A DNA stretch of 64,000 nt, taken from contig NC_091480.1 of assembly GCF_036971445.1 (NCBI RefSeq), positions 82,584,001 to 82,648,000 of the forward strand. The letters are read 5' to 3'. The notes beneath the pieces were generated by a model, which was not told the DNA's origin, did not search any database, and worked only from the letters and a program-made list of their open reading frames with translations. Source of the stretch: Narcine bancroftii (lineage: Eukaryota). The position numbers were made by a program, and so were the translations under genes. Shown here one piece after another: positions 13,671 to 25,654 of this stretch; position 1 is the first letter of the stretch; every line of letters begins with the position of its first letter.

Positions 13671-13711
13671 TGGATATGATGATTACATAGTTTTCATATT
13701 CTTAAGTGTAC

Positions 13712-13828
13712 CTGTCTTCTTTCTTCTGTAAGGTCATATCTTTTTATTGGGTGAGGAACTGTATCTGTCAGTTGTTGTTTAAACTCTATGGAGGACTTAA
13801 TCATCTGAGCATCCATATTAGCGCAGAT
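13712..13828 (-). CDS. DHX58: LGP2 coding exon 4
   Basis: Translated by hand: ICANMDAQMIKSSIEFKQQLTDTVPHPIKRYDLTEERRQ (compare LCANLD of RLRs). 117 nt, AG/GT, phase 0-0. Confidence 0.93.
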
Positions 13829-14350
13829 CTGTGATAAACAGAAAACAAATGCTATGCATTAACAGAAAGCACAGGAGGTTAATAAAGTAGTTAATATTAA
13901 CAGTGACAATGTGCTACTTCCTGCATGTTAAAATTGGTCTTGATCCAGTCACTCTTGTACAGTGGTTCTCAACCTTTATTTTCCCCACTCACCTACCACC
14001 TTAAGTAATCCCTTACTAACCACAGAGGTCCTATCCATTGGTTGTTTGGAATCTCAAATGTCCTGAGCCCATTAACAATACATAAATAACTCAGAAGCTA
14101 CATAATTGGAATGTGGAAGTGTCAAAACCAGATAAATCTGAGTTTTCTATCCATCGTGAATTTGAAAACTCCGACAGGAAGCAAATCATACATTTTATTC
14201 ATTAAGAAGTCGAGTAGACCACGCTTTGGACATTACATCATAGTGCAGGCTCTCTCTATACTTTTCAAAGTGGTCTTTTTTTAATATTTTATTTAATAAT
14301 TTTACAAATACATCCATCTATACATATTCAATAAAGCTACAAGAGAAAAA

Positions 14351-14562
14351 NNNNNNNNNNNNNNNNNNNNNNNNNNNNNNNNNNNNNNNNNNNNNNNNNN
14401 NNNNNNNNNNNNNNNNNNNNNNNNNNNNNNNNNNNNNNNNNNNNNNNNNNNNNNNNNNNNNNNNNNNNNNNNNNNNNNNNNNNNNNNNNNNNNNNNNNNN
14501 NNNNNNNNNNNNNNNNNNNNNNNNNNNNNNNNNNNNNNNNNNNNNNNNNNNNNNNNNNNNNN
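14351..14562. other. Assembly gap
   Basis: Run of N. Confidence 1.
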
Positions 14563-14599
14563 CACTCCCTCCTCCCCCACAAAATATATCAAAGGAAAA

Positions 14600-15730
14600 A
14601 AGAGTTGGGAGAATGTAAAAAAAGTCTCAATATTAATAATAATGAAACTGGGGGCTACCAACAGGATGGGCTTTCAGAGAGTCCTTCAAATTTTCAAATC
14701 AACGTGTTGTAAGTATGGGCTCCATATTTTTGAAAAAAATTGATACTTCTTATGTAAATTATGTTATTTTCTCAAGTGGGATACAAACACGCAATTCAGC
14801 ATACTATCTCTCCATCTCTAAATCTGTATCTGATTTCTAAGTAATGCCTACACTTCCCAGAAACAGCTAAAGCTAGTGGTAAAAGTTCCATTTGATACAT
14901 AGTTAACCTAATTTGGGTCTAACCACTTTAATATCACCCAACAAAAATAACATTGGGTCCTGTGGCAGTTTAACCTCTAATATTTTCTCTAAAAAATTCT
15001 CTACCTCTAACCATAACCAAAAAGGTTTTACTCTACGACACATCCAAATAGAATGCAAAAACTAACCAACTTCCTGACCACATCTAAAACATAAATCTGA
15101 TAATATTGGATTCAATTTTTTAAATTTTTGAGGAGTTAAGTATAATTGATGCAAAAATTATATTGAACCAGTCCATACCTAACATTAATAATTTTTGTCA
15201 TATTTTCTTTACATGATTCCATCCAATTATTTTCATCTATTTGTCTATTAAATCAACCTCCCATCTTAATCTTGATTTATGAATTCCTAATTTAGGAGTT
15301 TCTTTTTGAAGTAATTTATATATCACCAAAGCCACCCTTACATATCAATAATTCTAATTCATTCTGCCTAGGTAATATCAAATTAAGACATAATTTAACA
15401 ACCAAGAAAGCCATAACCTGATAACAACTGAAAAAGTATTATTTGGAACATTAAATTTTTCCTTCATTCATTGAAAAGTAATAAATTTACCAGCTTCAAA
15501 ATAGTCTTCTATTTTCTTAATCCCCACTTGACTCCAAATCCTCAAAAATTGATTATCCACAGAAAAAGGAAGAAATTTACTTTGATGTAAAGGCATTTTT
15601 AGAGAAATCAAACCTTTTCCACTTATTTCATAATCTATTTTATTCCATAATTCAACCAAATGTTTCAAAACAGGTGTATCTCTACTTCCTATTAACAATT
15701 TTGAATTCTGTTTGTAAATAAAGTCCTGCA
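14600..15730 (-). mobile_element. L1-like LINE ORF2 3' part (degenerate)
   Basis: PVLKHLVELW..FLPFSVDNQFLRIW..GIKKIEDYF and an L1 CCHC region on the minus strand. Confidence 0.75.
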
Positions 15731-16249
15731 GGCTGCTAAAGCAGTCCTTTTTAAAGTGCACAGTAATGATGACAAATTGATCAAATCTCTTTTATAAAAA
15801 TAGCACTGGCGGTAGCAAAAAAATGTATCGCGATCACTTGGAAGTCTGAATCCCCTCTATTTATAGCACAACGGACTGCAGACTATGGGGAAAAAAATCA
15901 CATAACTTAAAGAATAAGTATGACATGTTTGTAAAGATTTGGCAGCCGTACCTGACCACATAAGGTAACAGAAAGGAATCTAAATGCTGATATTATACAT
16001 ACCCAAAAGTGATTTCCCCAGTTGTATTCTATATATTTAAAAGGTATGTAAGCTCTGACAGTGTGTGGATCTGTGTGTATGGAAAGGGGGAGGGAGGGAG
16101 GGACAGTTTTTGTTGTTGGTGGTAAGAAAAAGCTTAATATATTGTGATATTGAAGAACTTCTTAAGTATTTTTTAAAATAAAATATTCAAAAAAAAGTGT
16201 GCCATAATACTTCAACCACAGTGTCTGCAGACTTCAGTGTTTTACTTCA

Positions 16250-16700
16250 ATCGAATTGAAAGAGTGCAGAGAAGATTTACTAGGATGTTGCGAGACTTCA
16301 GGAACTGAGTTACAGGGAAAGGTTAAACAAGTGAGGACTTTATTCCATGGAGCATAGACTGGAGATTTGATAGAGGTACATATAATTATGAGGAGTATGG
16401 ATAGAGTAAATGCAAGTAGGCTTTTTCCACTGAGGTTAGTTGAGATACAAACCAGAGGACGTGGGTTAAGAGTGAAAGGGGAAAAGTTTAGGGGGAACAT
16501 TAGGGGAACGTCTTCATACAGAGAGAGGTATGAATGTGGAAGGAGCTGCCAGATGAAGTGGTGAATATATGCTCAATTTTAACATTTAAGAAAAATTTGG
16601 TTAGGTTTGTGGATGGGAGGGCTATAGAGGGATATATACTAGGTGCAGGTTGGTGGGATGAGGCAGAGACCTGCTTTCTGTGCTGTAATGTTCTTTGGTC
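16250..16700 (+). mobile_element. CR1-like LINE 3' fragment
   Basis: DLIEVHIIMRSMDRVNASRLFPL..TRGRGL motif. Confidence 0.8.
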
Positions 16701-16795
16701 CTATGGATGATCGTAGTAGCTCTGACCAAAAACAGGAAAGACTGAAAGAAAACATAAGCCTATTATTGTTTAACTTTGTCAGTTTTAAAGCTGAC

Positions 16796-16986
16796 CTGTA
16801 AGATATGGTCCACTGCCTTATCAAATGTGTTAGCTCCATCTGTTCCAAGTGATGCCGTGAGTCCCAGGACTTGTGGTAAGTTGGCCATCCTCTGATGCTT
16901 CTGTTCTATGTACTGGACCATGATTTTATTATATACTCCGTCCTTATGAGTGTGATGACACTCGTCAATTATCAGCAGAGAGAAAT
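16796..16986 (-). CDS. DHX58: LGP2 coding exon 3 (DECH box, motif III)
   Basis: [23 protein letters not shown]...[13 protein letters not shown]...AVDHILQ. 191 nt, AG/GT flanks. Confidence 0.97.
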
Positions 16987-17384
16987 CTGTATTTCGAATA
17001 AGAATAGTTATTTCTTGAAGAAAATCTGTAAATCCATGTATCATCGTTCCAAATTTCAGTTTAATTTTCATTTTCATGCATTGTTTAACATCAGCCAAAC
17101 AAAATCTGGGCAAAAAGACCAGATCTATTATTAACACAATGAAATCCATCACATCATAACAGGAATGTCAAGAATATCTGTACTGAAAATGAAAATGCAA
17201 GAACCCCATTGTTGAGATTCCCGTTAAAATTTCTTGGGAATTCTATGATGACAGCACAAGGATCCGACGGTGAAGAGATGGCAACCGTGAACCAAACGGG
17301 ACGCGCCTTGCTGAGATGAACATTATAGTTAAACTTAATGAGAAATTGCAATGGCACAACGGCACACATACAACGTTGCTGCCT

Positions 17385-18256
17385 AGTGAAGAAGGGTTTC
17401 AGAGGGATTTAGGTCAGTTTGAAGAGTGGGCTGAAAGATGGCAGATGGTGTTTAATGCAGATAAGTGTGAGGTGTTACATTTTGTAAGGATTAATCAAAA
17501 TAGGACATACAGGGTGAACTGAAGAGTGCAGTAGAACATTAGGGGAACGTCTAACGATCTAGGAATAATGGTAGGCGAAGTCACATGTGGATAGGGTGGT
17601 GAAGAACCTTACGGTATGTGGGCCTTTATAAATCAGAGCATTGAGTATAAGAGCTGGGATGTTATGTTAAAATTGTACAATTCATTGGTGAGGCCAAACT
17701 TGGAGTATTGTGTACAGTTTGGGTCACCAAAGTATAGGAAAGAGATCAACAAATTGGAGCGAGGGCAGAGAAGATTTACTAGAATGTTGCCGGGGTTACA
17801 GGGTCTAAGTTATAGGAAAAGGTTAAATAAGTTAGGTCTTTATTCTTTGGACCGTAGAAGGTTGAGAGGAGATTTGATTGAGGTATTTAAAATTATTAGG
17901 GCTATAGGTAGAGTTGACGTGAAGAGGCTTTTTTTTCCTTTAAGAAAGGGGGAGATGCAAAAGAGAGGACACGAGTTGAAAGCTAAGGGGCAAAAGTTTA
18001 GAGGGAACATGAGGGGGGTGGATTTCTTTATTCAGAGAGTGGTGGGTGTGTGGAACGAGCTTCCAGATGAAGTGGTGGAGGCAGGCTCAATATTAGCATT
18101 TAAGGAGAAGTTGGATATGTATATGGATGGGAAAAGAGTGGAGGGCTACAGGCTGAATGTAGGTCAGTGGGGTTAGGTGGGAGAAAGTGTTCAGCATGGA
18201 CTAGAAGGGCCAAGGTGGCCTGTTTCTGTGCTGTAATTGTTACATGGTTATATGGT
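17385..18256 (+). mobile_element. CR1-like LINE RT C-terminus and 3' tail
   Basis: WQMVFNADKCEVLH; LYNSLVRPNLEYCVQF..RRRLRGDLIEVFKI..FFIQRVVGVWNELP. Confidence 0.9.
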
Positions 18257-18719
18257 CTTAGGTGTATATTACCAACACTGATAGTGTGAACTTCGAAGGA
18301 GCATCTTTTGGGGCCCACACATTTGCTGGAACATTCTAAAGAAATAACCAAATTGGTTGACAAGTGCAATGCACATAGAAAGACAGCCAGCATTTGTACT
18401 GTACCACAGATAAATGTACAAAAGAAATCTGGGCTCAGATGACTATGGGTACGTACATTCATTATATTGAAAATTAACTCTGCAAAAGAAAATAGGTCAA
18501 TAATAAGTGGGTGAGGACTATTTCTTTGTGTATTGTATTATGTTGTTTCCTGGTTTGCTTTTTTTAGTTTGTTGGTAAATGGTACTGAGACAGGAATTTT
18601 TGATTAAAATGTACAACAATAACATTACACTTAATAATTAACATAAAAGGGAACAGAGAGTATCACTTAAAGAGCTGGAACAGACCATATAGCCTCTTAG
18701 AGTTATCCACCACTGTTTT

Positions 18720-19720
18720 ATTGAATATTTTATTTTAAAAGACTCAAGAAAATATATACAAACAATGTCATTTTCTTATCACAATATAATAATAAAGAAT
18801 TATTCCCCTTCCCCAGATATTAAATAAACCATAAAATACAAAGGAAAAAAAGAACCTAAAAATTAAAATGTCATCTGTACCACAACCTTCTTTATTTATC
18901 TGTTTGGACGGTTTGTATCTTAACTTATTTCTTAAGGCTGGGGGGGTGGGGGGGGTATAGATCATATCTGTGCGCCTATGTGCCTTGGGTATGGCTCCCA
19001 CACTTCAATGAACGTGTCATACTTCTTTCTCAAGTTATAAATAATCTTCTCCAGGGGAATGCATTCCCGTTCTCCACCCTGTAATACTGAGTTGAGAGTC
19101 GGACTTCCATGCAACTGCTATACATTTCCTGGCTACGGACAAAGGGATCTTCACAAATTAAATTTCCTCAAGATCCAATGCTCTTTTTTATTAGGCAATA
19201 TATATCAGGGATAATACCAAAATTGAAATTGAATTTGTGTCGAAAGGAATTTGAGAAAATTGCATTAGTGGTAACAAGAAAATACATAGCAGTGACATGG
19301 AAATCAGATTCGCATTTGAGAAGGGATAGATGCTAAAATACATAGCTGAGTACCTCTTGAGAAGATTACATGTAATTTACGGAAAAAAATGATACTTGAA
19401 AAAAAACTGGAGCCAATATTGACATATTGTAGTTATTAATTTATAAATTTCCCTGAATCTCATGGAACCTTATCAACTCCTTGGGATACATATATGATTA
19501 AAGGCAAAAGTTGATTGAACATACTGATGTTTTAGTAACCAGGTGTGTTTTCTTTCTTTCTTTTATTTTATTTTTTTCTCTTTCTGATCTTGGGGTTATT
19601 ATTGTGGGGGAGGGTGGGTTGGATTCTGGGGTTGTGTCATTGATTTGAGATGCATGATTAATATTTTCTGTATTTGGACATTAATACATGCATGGAAATT
19701 TAACTAAAATATTTTTTAAA
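18720..19720. mobile_element. Two L1 3' ends back to back (minus 18720-19139, plus 19140-19720)
   Basis: Both halves encode RKC/YIAVxWKSDS motifs in opposite orientations, and each ends in an A-rich tail. Confidence 0.65.
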
Positions 19721-19899
19721 AGACCTCTCATCAAGATTGAAAAACAACGGGTAAGGCCAGTACGTAGCAAAATGCAGGGAGGTAGAGCAGAGCCTAATAG
19801 GTAATAGGTAGGTGGAACCAGGTTAATTTGTCTGATAGGCATATTTATTTATTGTCATGTGCCTTGAGATATAGTGGGAAAAAATTTTAATTTTTTTTT

Positions 19900-20890
19900 A
19901 AGGAAATAACCAAGAAGGTAGTTGAAGGAAAGGCTGTGGATGCCGTCTACATGGACAAGGTCTCATGTGGGAGGTTAGTTCAGAAGGTTTAGTCACTAGA
20001 AATCCTTGGAGAGGTTGTAAACTGGATTCAAAATTGGCTGAATGGGAGAAGACAGAGAGTGGCAGTGGATGATTGCTTCTCAGACTGGAGACCTATGATG
20101 AGTGGTGTGCCTCAGGGATCGGTGCTGGGACCATCCAATGATCTGGATGATAATGTGGGTAACTGGATCAGAAAGTTTGCTGATGACATTAAGATTGGAT
20201 ACATTGACAAGAGCAAGACAGGCTTTCAAAGTTTCCAGAGGGATCTGGACCAAATGGAAAAATGGGCCAGAAAATGGCAGATGGAATTTAATGCAGACAT
20301 TGTGAGGTGTTGCAGTTTGGAAGGACAACCCAGGGTAGGACAAACATAGTAAATGGTAGGGCACTGAGGAGTGCAAAGGAATTCAGAAACATAATTCCAT
20401 GAAAGTGGCATCACAGGTAGACAGGGTTGTAAAAAAAGCTTATGGCATCTTGGCCTTCATAAATCAAATATGAGTTTGGATGTTATGATGAGATTGTATA
20501 AGACATTGATTAAACAGGTTGGGACTTTATTCCTTAGAGTGTAGAAGAATGAGGGGAGATTTAATAGAGGTTTATAAAATTATGAGGGAACTAGACAGAG
20601 TAAATGTGAGTAGGCTCTTTCCACTTAGATTGGGAGAGGACATGGCTTTAGGGTGAAAGGTTAAATGTTTAGGGGAATATTAGGGGGAACTTCTTCACTC
20701 AGAGAGTGGTGGGAGTTTGGAACGAGCTGCCATCTGATGTGGTAAATGCGGGCTCACTCTTTAGTTTTAAGAATAAATTGGATCGATACATGGGTGGGAG
20801 AGGCGGAGGGATATGGAATGGGTGCAGATCAATGTTTTGGCATAGACTTGAAGGGTCAAATAGCCTATGCTGTAGTTTTTCTATGATTCT
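19900..20890 (+). mobile_element. CR1-like LINE RT fragments
   Basis: SGVPQGSVLGP..KFADDIKIG..WQMEFNAD; VVGVWNELP. Confidence 0.88.
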
Positions 20891-21121
20891 ATGTTCAAAA
20901 TTATACCTAAACCTGAATCCCTTGTCAGAAACAGAAAAATAGATAATCCTTGTTACCAATGCATAATCTGCATTCAAGGTAATCCAAATAAGTCACCTCA
21001 TATGAAGAATCTGGATACTCCTTCTAAGTACAACCCATTTCTCTTTCGCTTTAATGTAATATTATAAAGCCAGTGACTTCTATTTAGAAGGTCATAGAGC
21101 TGGAGGATTAAACTGTATTAC

Positions 21122-21326
21122 CTGTTAACTCTATGTGCCTGTCTTCTTCTGTGCTCTTCAGTGCATTTTGCAGGATCTGTGCTGTGCAGATGATAACATC
21201 ACTCTTCTGTACAACGTTTGCAAATTGCTCCTTAAGTTCGGTGTCACCGCTTATTGGTACTACATTATAGTTAGGCGTTAGGTATGGCTTAAACTCATTT
21301 TCATAATGCTGATTCACCAGAGGCAC
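21122..21326 (-). CDS. DHX58: LGP2 coding exon 2
   Basis: VPLVNQHYENEF...SDVIICTAQILQNALKSTEEDRHIELT (motifs Ia/Ib). 205 nt, AG/GT flanks, phase 0 to 1. Confidence 0.95.
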
Positions 21327-21892
21327 CTGTAAATGAATGCCAATCATGTTTCTATAGGGTCTTGGACATTTTGGAACCGGACATTTTGGCCTCCATAGTT
21401 TGACACTGGACATTTTTCCGTACACAGTTTGGTGCTGGATATTTTGGTGCTAACGGTTAGACTACAACAATTTATTCACTTATTAAACTTATTATGAAGT
21501 AAGGCATGGTGCTTCAGGCTGTCGTGCGAGACCCTGCTCTCGGGACAGTGTCTGTCGCTCTATCACATCAAGCTGACCGACTCGGCAGATTGGAGGCTTG
21601 ACAGCCTTTGGCACCTTTGGTGGGAGGGAACCTGCTGCCAAGCCCTTTTGGGGTAGCAGGGACAGGTTGTCCTGGGGCCGGGGACCGGACACAGATCCCC
21701 TCATGATCCTTGATCACCCTCTACTCTCGGTCGCCCTCTGTCACCCGGCTCCCTCCAATCGATTTCCCCCTGTCCCCCGGCCCTCTCCACCCAACCCTGG
21801 CCCCCAGCCCCCATTCCTTATTGACAAGAAACTATTTTAATCAATAAATTAAATGGCATGTCCATTGCCAAATGCAAGGGCCAAATGTTTGT

Positions 21893-21894
<2 letters not shown>

Positions 21895-21976
<82 letters not shown>
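21895..21976. repeat. (AC)n microsatellite
   Basis: About 41 AC units. Confidence 0.97.
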
Positions 21977-22384
21977 CTTAGGGAATTAATGTTTTCACAG
22001 AAGATTTCACTAAACCTGTGCAACACAGGAATTTTTTAGGTACAACACAAGGAAGAAATAAATAGGAGATGGAAGATGTAAAAGTTCATCACTTCTGCCA
22101 GTCAACGTGACCGTGCCTGAAATTCTGTGTCAAATTAACTTTCTTGTCCCATCCAATATCCCCAAATGTTCCCTATGATCTTAAGTCTAACTGCAGTCCA
22201 AAGCAAAGAGAGGCGCAGGTGTGGGGGGTGGGGGGGGGGGGGGGGGGGGGGGGAAAACCCCAGAACATTCTGAAAATACTCAGCAAGCCAAGCAACATTT
22301 TTGGAGAGAGCAAGACCTTACCTTCATTGGATTTGCCAATGACAACTGCTGAGAAATTGGAGCAGGTTCATGTTCAGTCACTGT

Positions 22385-22815
22385 GTGGAGCCCAACATCA
22401 GGAATGAAAGGGTTAGCATATGTAGAACAATTGTCGGCTCTTGGACTGAACTCAATGGAGTACAGAAAAATGAGGGGTGGGGGCCTCAGGTTGGCATTTC
22501 GAATGCTGAATGGCCTGAACAGAGTAGATGTGGCAGGGATATTTCCTATGGTAGGGGAGTCTAGGACAAGAGGGTACAACTTCAGGATAAGAACAGAGAT
22601 GGGGAAACATTTCTTTAGTCAGAGGGTTGTGAGTCTGTGGAACTTGTTGGCACAGGTAGCTGTAGAAGCGAGGTCGTTGGGTGTATTTAAGACAGTGATT
22701 GACAGGGATTTGATCAGTCAGGACATCAAGGGTTATGGGGAGAAAGCCAGGGAGTGGGGCTGAGTGGGAGTATGGATCAGCTCATTAATAGAATTGCGGG
22801 CTTACTTCTGCTCCT
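22385..22815 (+). mobile_element. CR1-like LINE 3' fragment
   Basis: GLNRVDVAGIFPMVGESRTRGY..FFSQRVVSLWNLL. Confidence 0.85.
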
Positions 22816-22819
22816 AGAA

Positions 22820-23753
22820 GTTTTGTGGAAACTGCCAAAATGTTTGGCCTGGAAGTCAGCCTGAAGAAAACTGAGGTCCTCCATCAGCCAGCTCCCCACC
22901 ATGACCACCAGCCCCCCCACATCTCCATCGGGCACACAGAACTCAAAACGGTCAACCAGTTTACCTACCTCGGCTGCACCATTTCATCTGATGCAAGGAT
23001 CGACAAAGAGATAGACAACAGACTCGCCAAGGCAAATAGCGCCTTTGGAAGACTACACAAAAGAGTGTGGAAAAACAACCACCTGAAGAAACACACAAAG
23101 ATCAGCGTGCACAGAGCCGTTGTCATACCCACGCTCCTGTTCGGCTCCGAATCATGGGTCCTCTACCGGCATCACCTACGGCTCCTAGAACGCTTCCATC
23201 AGCGCTGTCTCCGCTCCATCCTCAACATTCATTGGAATGACTTCATCACCAACATCGAAATACTTGAGCTGGCAGAGTCTGCAAGCATCGAATCCATGCT
23301 GCTGAAGACCCAACTGCGCTGGGTGGGTCACGTCTCCAGAATGAAGGACCATCGCCTTCCCAAGATCGTGTTCTATGGCGAGCTCTCCACTGGCCAACGA
23401 GAAAGAGGTGCACCAAAGAAAGGGTACAAGGACTGTTTAAATAACTCTCTTGGTGCCTGCCCCATTGACTACCGCCAGTGGGCTCATATTGCCTCCAACC
23501 GTGCATCTTGGCGCCTCACAGTTCGGCGGGCAGCAACCTCCTTTGAAGAAGACCGCAGAGCCCACCTCACTGACAAAAGACAAAGGAGGAAAAACCCAAC
23601 ACCCAACCCCAACCAACCAATTTTCCCCTGCAACTGCTGCAACCGTGTCTGCCTGTCCCGCATCGGACCTGTCAGCCACCAACGAGCCTGCAGCAGACGT
23701 GGACATACACTTTCATAAATCTTCATCCGCGAAGCCAAGCCAAAGAAGAAGAA
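22820..23753 (+). mobile_element. RTE-clade LINE (AviRTE/BovB-like), 5'-truncated, uninterrupted 297-codon C-terminal ORF
   Basis: FGLEVSLKKTEVLHQPAP..FTYLG..LRWVGHVSRM..LSRIG..SHQRACS. Tail GCGAAGCCAAGCCAAAGAAGAAGAA. Confidence 0.92.
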
Positions 23754-23950
23754 TTAGGAGCAATTGCTGGAGAAGTTTTTCCAGTAAATTCGGGAATTCC
23801 ATTTTGAGAGATGCCAGTTGTTCCACATGGAACAGCTATGGTCTCCCAGCAACTTTTAACCCAAGAAGTTCATTGGCCAGGAAATAATGTCTCCCTAAAT
23901 ACGACTGACATACTGGTTTACAACATTAAAATAATGACTGTACATTTTAC

Positions 23951-24127
23951 CTTATTTACAAGAACAGCTACTTTGCCTTGACCTCTTCTTGTGTCCAGAT
24001 GGTGCTTGGTAACATACACAACTGCCCTTGTTTTGCCTCCACCTGTTGGTAGCCATATGATGATATTTTTTCCCTCGAGAGCAGGCTGCACAATCTCCCA
24101 CTGATAATCCCGCAGATTAATTTGCAT
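23951..24127 (-). CDS. DHX58: LGP2 (RIG-I-like receptor helicase), coding exon 1
   Basis: [44 protein letters not shown]...VAVLVNK carries the Q-motif and Walker A (PTGGGKT) directly at the N-terminus, with no CARDs. Acceptor AG at 24136-24135, 7 nt upstream of the ATG; donor GT at 23950. Confidence 0.96.
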
Positions 24128-24716
24128 TGTATATCTGAAACAAGACCAAATAAAAATTAATCCTCTCTTTTCTTTTTGGATAGAACTGAAGTAGCCTGCG
24201 GATTTAGTTTTGGGTTGATTTAATCCATTTTTAAATTGCTAAAGTAATCTGTTTTTTTTCCCCCTGTCATTTTCAAGTGGCTTAAAAGGTGTGATTTAGA
24301 TCATTAGTTAAAGGCTTGGAGAAAAGGGAGCGCGAGAGTCAGTAGAGATCAGTAGGATGTCAGAAAAGTACAATTTATAAAGACCATGGGGAAAAGCGAT
24401 GGTGGACCTTCCCTCCCAGAATGCCGTGTGACAGAGAAAGGGATGTATGCAAGGCTGCCTGGAGAGGTTTCTCTGCCGCACGAGAATCTGGGAAGTTAGG
24501 TTTTCCCCATGGACTTTATAAATTCTGTGCTATACACTACCAACTTTCCCACGCTTAAACATTGTCTGCTAATGTTATTTATTTCCCTTCTCTCTCTCAC
24601 TCTCTCTCTCTCTCTCGCTGTGATTTTCCTAGGCAAAAGTTTATAACTTCATTTTAATCTTTTCTTCCTTCACATTCCTGCACTCACGTAAAAACTTGGG
24701 TCATTTCAATGCAATT

Positions 24717-24911
24717 GCTCGTTTCACACTGCATGATTGCAACGCCCGTGTCTGCAGACACCGGGATTGCACTAGGGGTCGAGGCTGTCAATCCCCGGCG
24801 TGAAATGACATCATCTGATGCCAGAGTTGAGCTGATTTTGCTTTCACACAAGGCACTTTAAAGGCCAATTGCCGATGGATTCCTGGGATCACTTGCCAGT
24901 GTGAAAGAGAC
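24717..24911. mobile_element. PIF/Harbinger-like MITE
   Basis: Terminal inverted repeats CTCGTTTCACACTG / CAGTGTGAAAGAG. Confidence 0.5.
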
Positions 24912-25654
24912 TTATAATAGCTCTGCCTTGTATAGGCTAACCAGTGTATGGATGTATTATGTTTTAGTACAAATGTTGTATCGAGTTTCACGTAGAAAGG
25001 TTATAATGTGGCTTATTTTTCCAGAAAAGGATTAAAATTAAATACAGAGATAAAACAATGTATCGTAGTAATTATATAATAAAAAAATTACTGGCCAATT
25101 AGTCTTACCTATACAAAATTATTAACCACACCTGCCAAATGGTTATGGAAAGCCGAGAAGCGAATTAGACAGTGACTGAATTTGGTTACGCAGAAGCTTC
25201 TCTAAAAAAATATGTATCACAGTGTATCCATACATCCTTAGGGGTTAAAATCCCTGTTTAAAAAAATAACCAAATAGCTACCTGCTTTGCTGCTCCAATC
25301 TTGTTCATTTGTGCTTTCAGTACCCATCCTGTTTGACAGCCTATGCAAACAAAAGCAAACCTCATGCTTCTGAATTCAGATTAATCCAAATTCAAATGCA
25401 TGATGTAGAAGATAAACCCATCTTAATTCATAGCCTGGGATCTTTTGGATGGGCCAGAAAACAGATGAATCTTCATTTAATAAAACAGCAGGCACTCCAA
25501 TAGAGTCCGGCTCCTTCAGTACTGCACTAAGTCTAGATTTTTGTCTTCAATACACATAAAGAAAATCTGAATTTGAAAAATATTTTAAAAGAATTTCAGG
25601 GAGCGTTTCATTTTAGGTGGTAACACTGTTTTATAAATTAAAAATCCAACTCAC

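Noticed and set aside
14302-14661. ORFs spanning N runs (also 59401-59779) and (CA)n-derived ORFs
   Set aside because: Artefacts of assembly gaps and microsatellites.
18720-19720. Single L1 insertion with twin-priming inversion
   Set aside because: Both halves contain the same ORF2 C-terminal segment and their own 3' tails, and they differ in sequence. Two separate insertions fit better.
23951-24127. Alternative identity as MDA5 (IFIH1) or RIG-I
   Set aside because: The helicase starts at the first Met, no CARD exons were found upstream, and exon sizes and adjacency to KAT2A fit DHX58.
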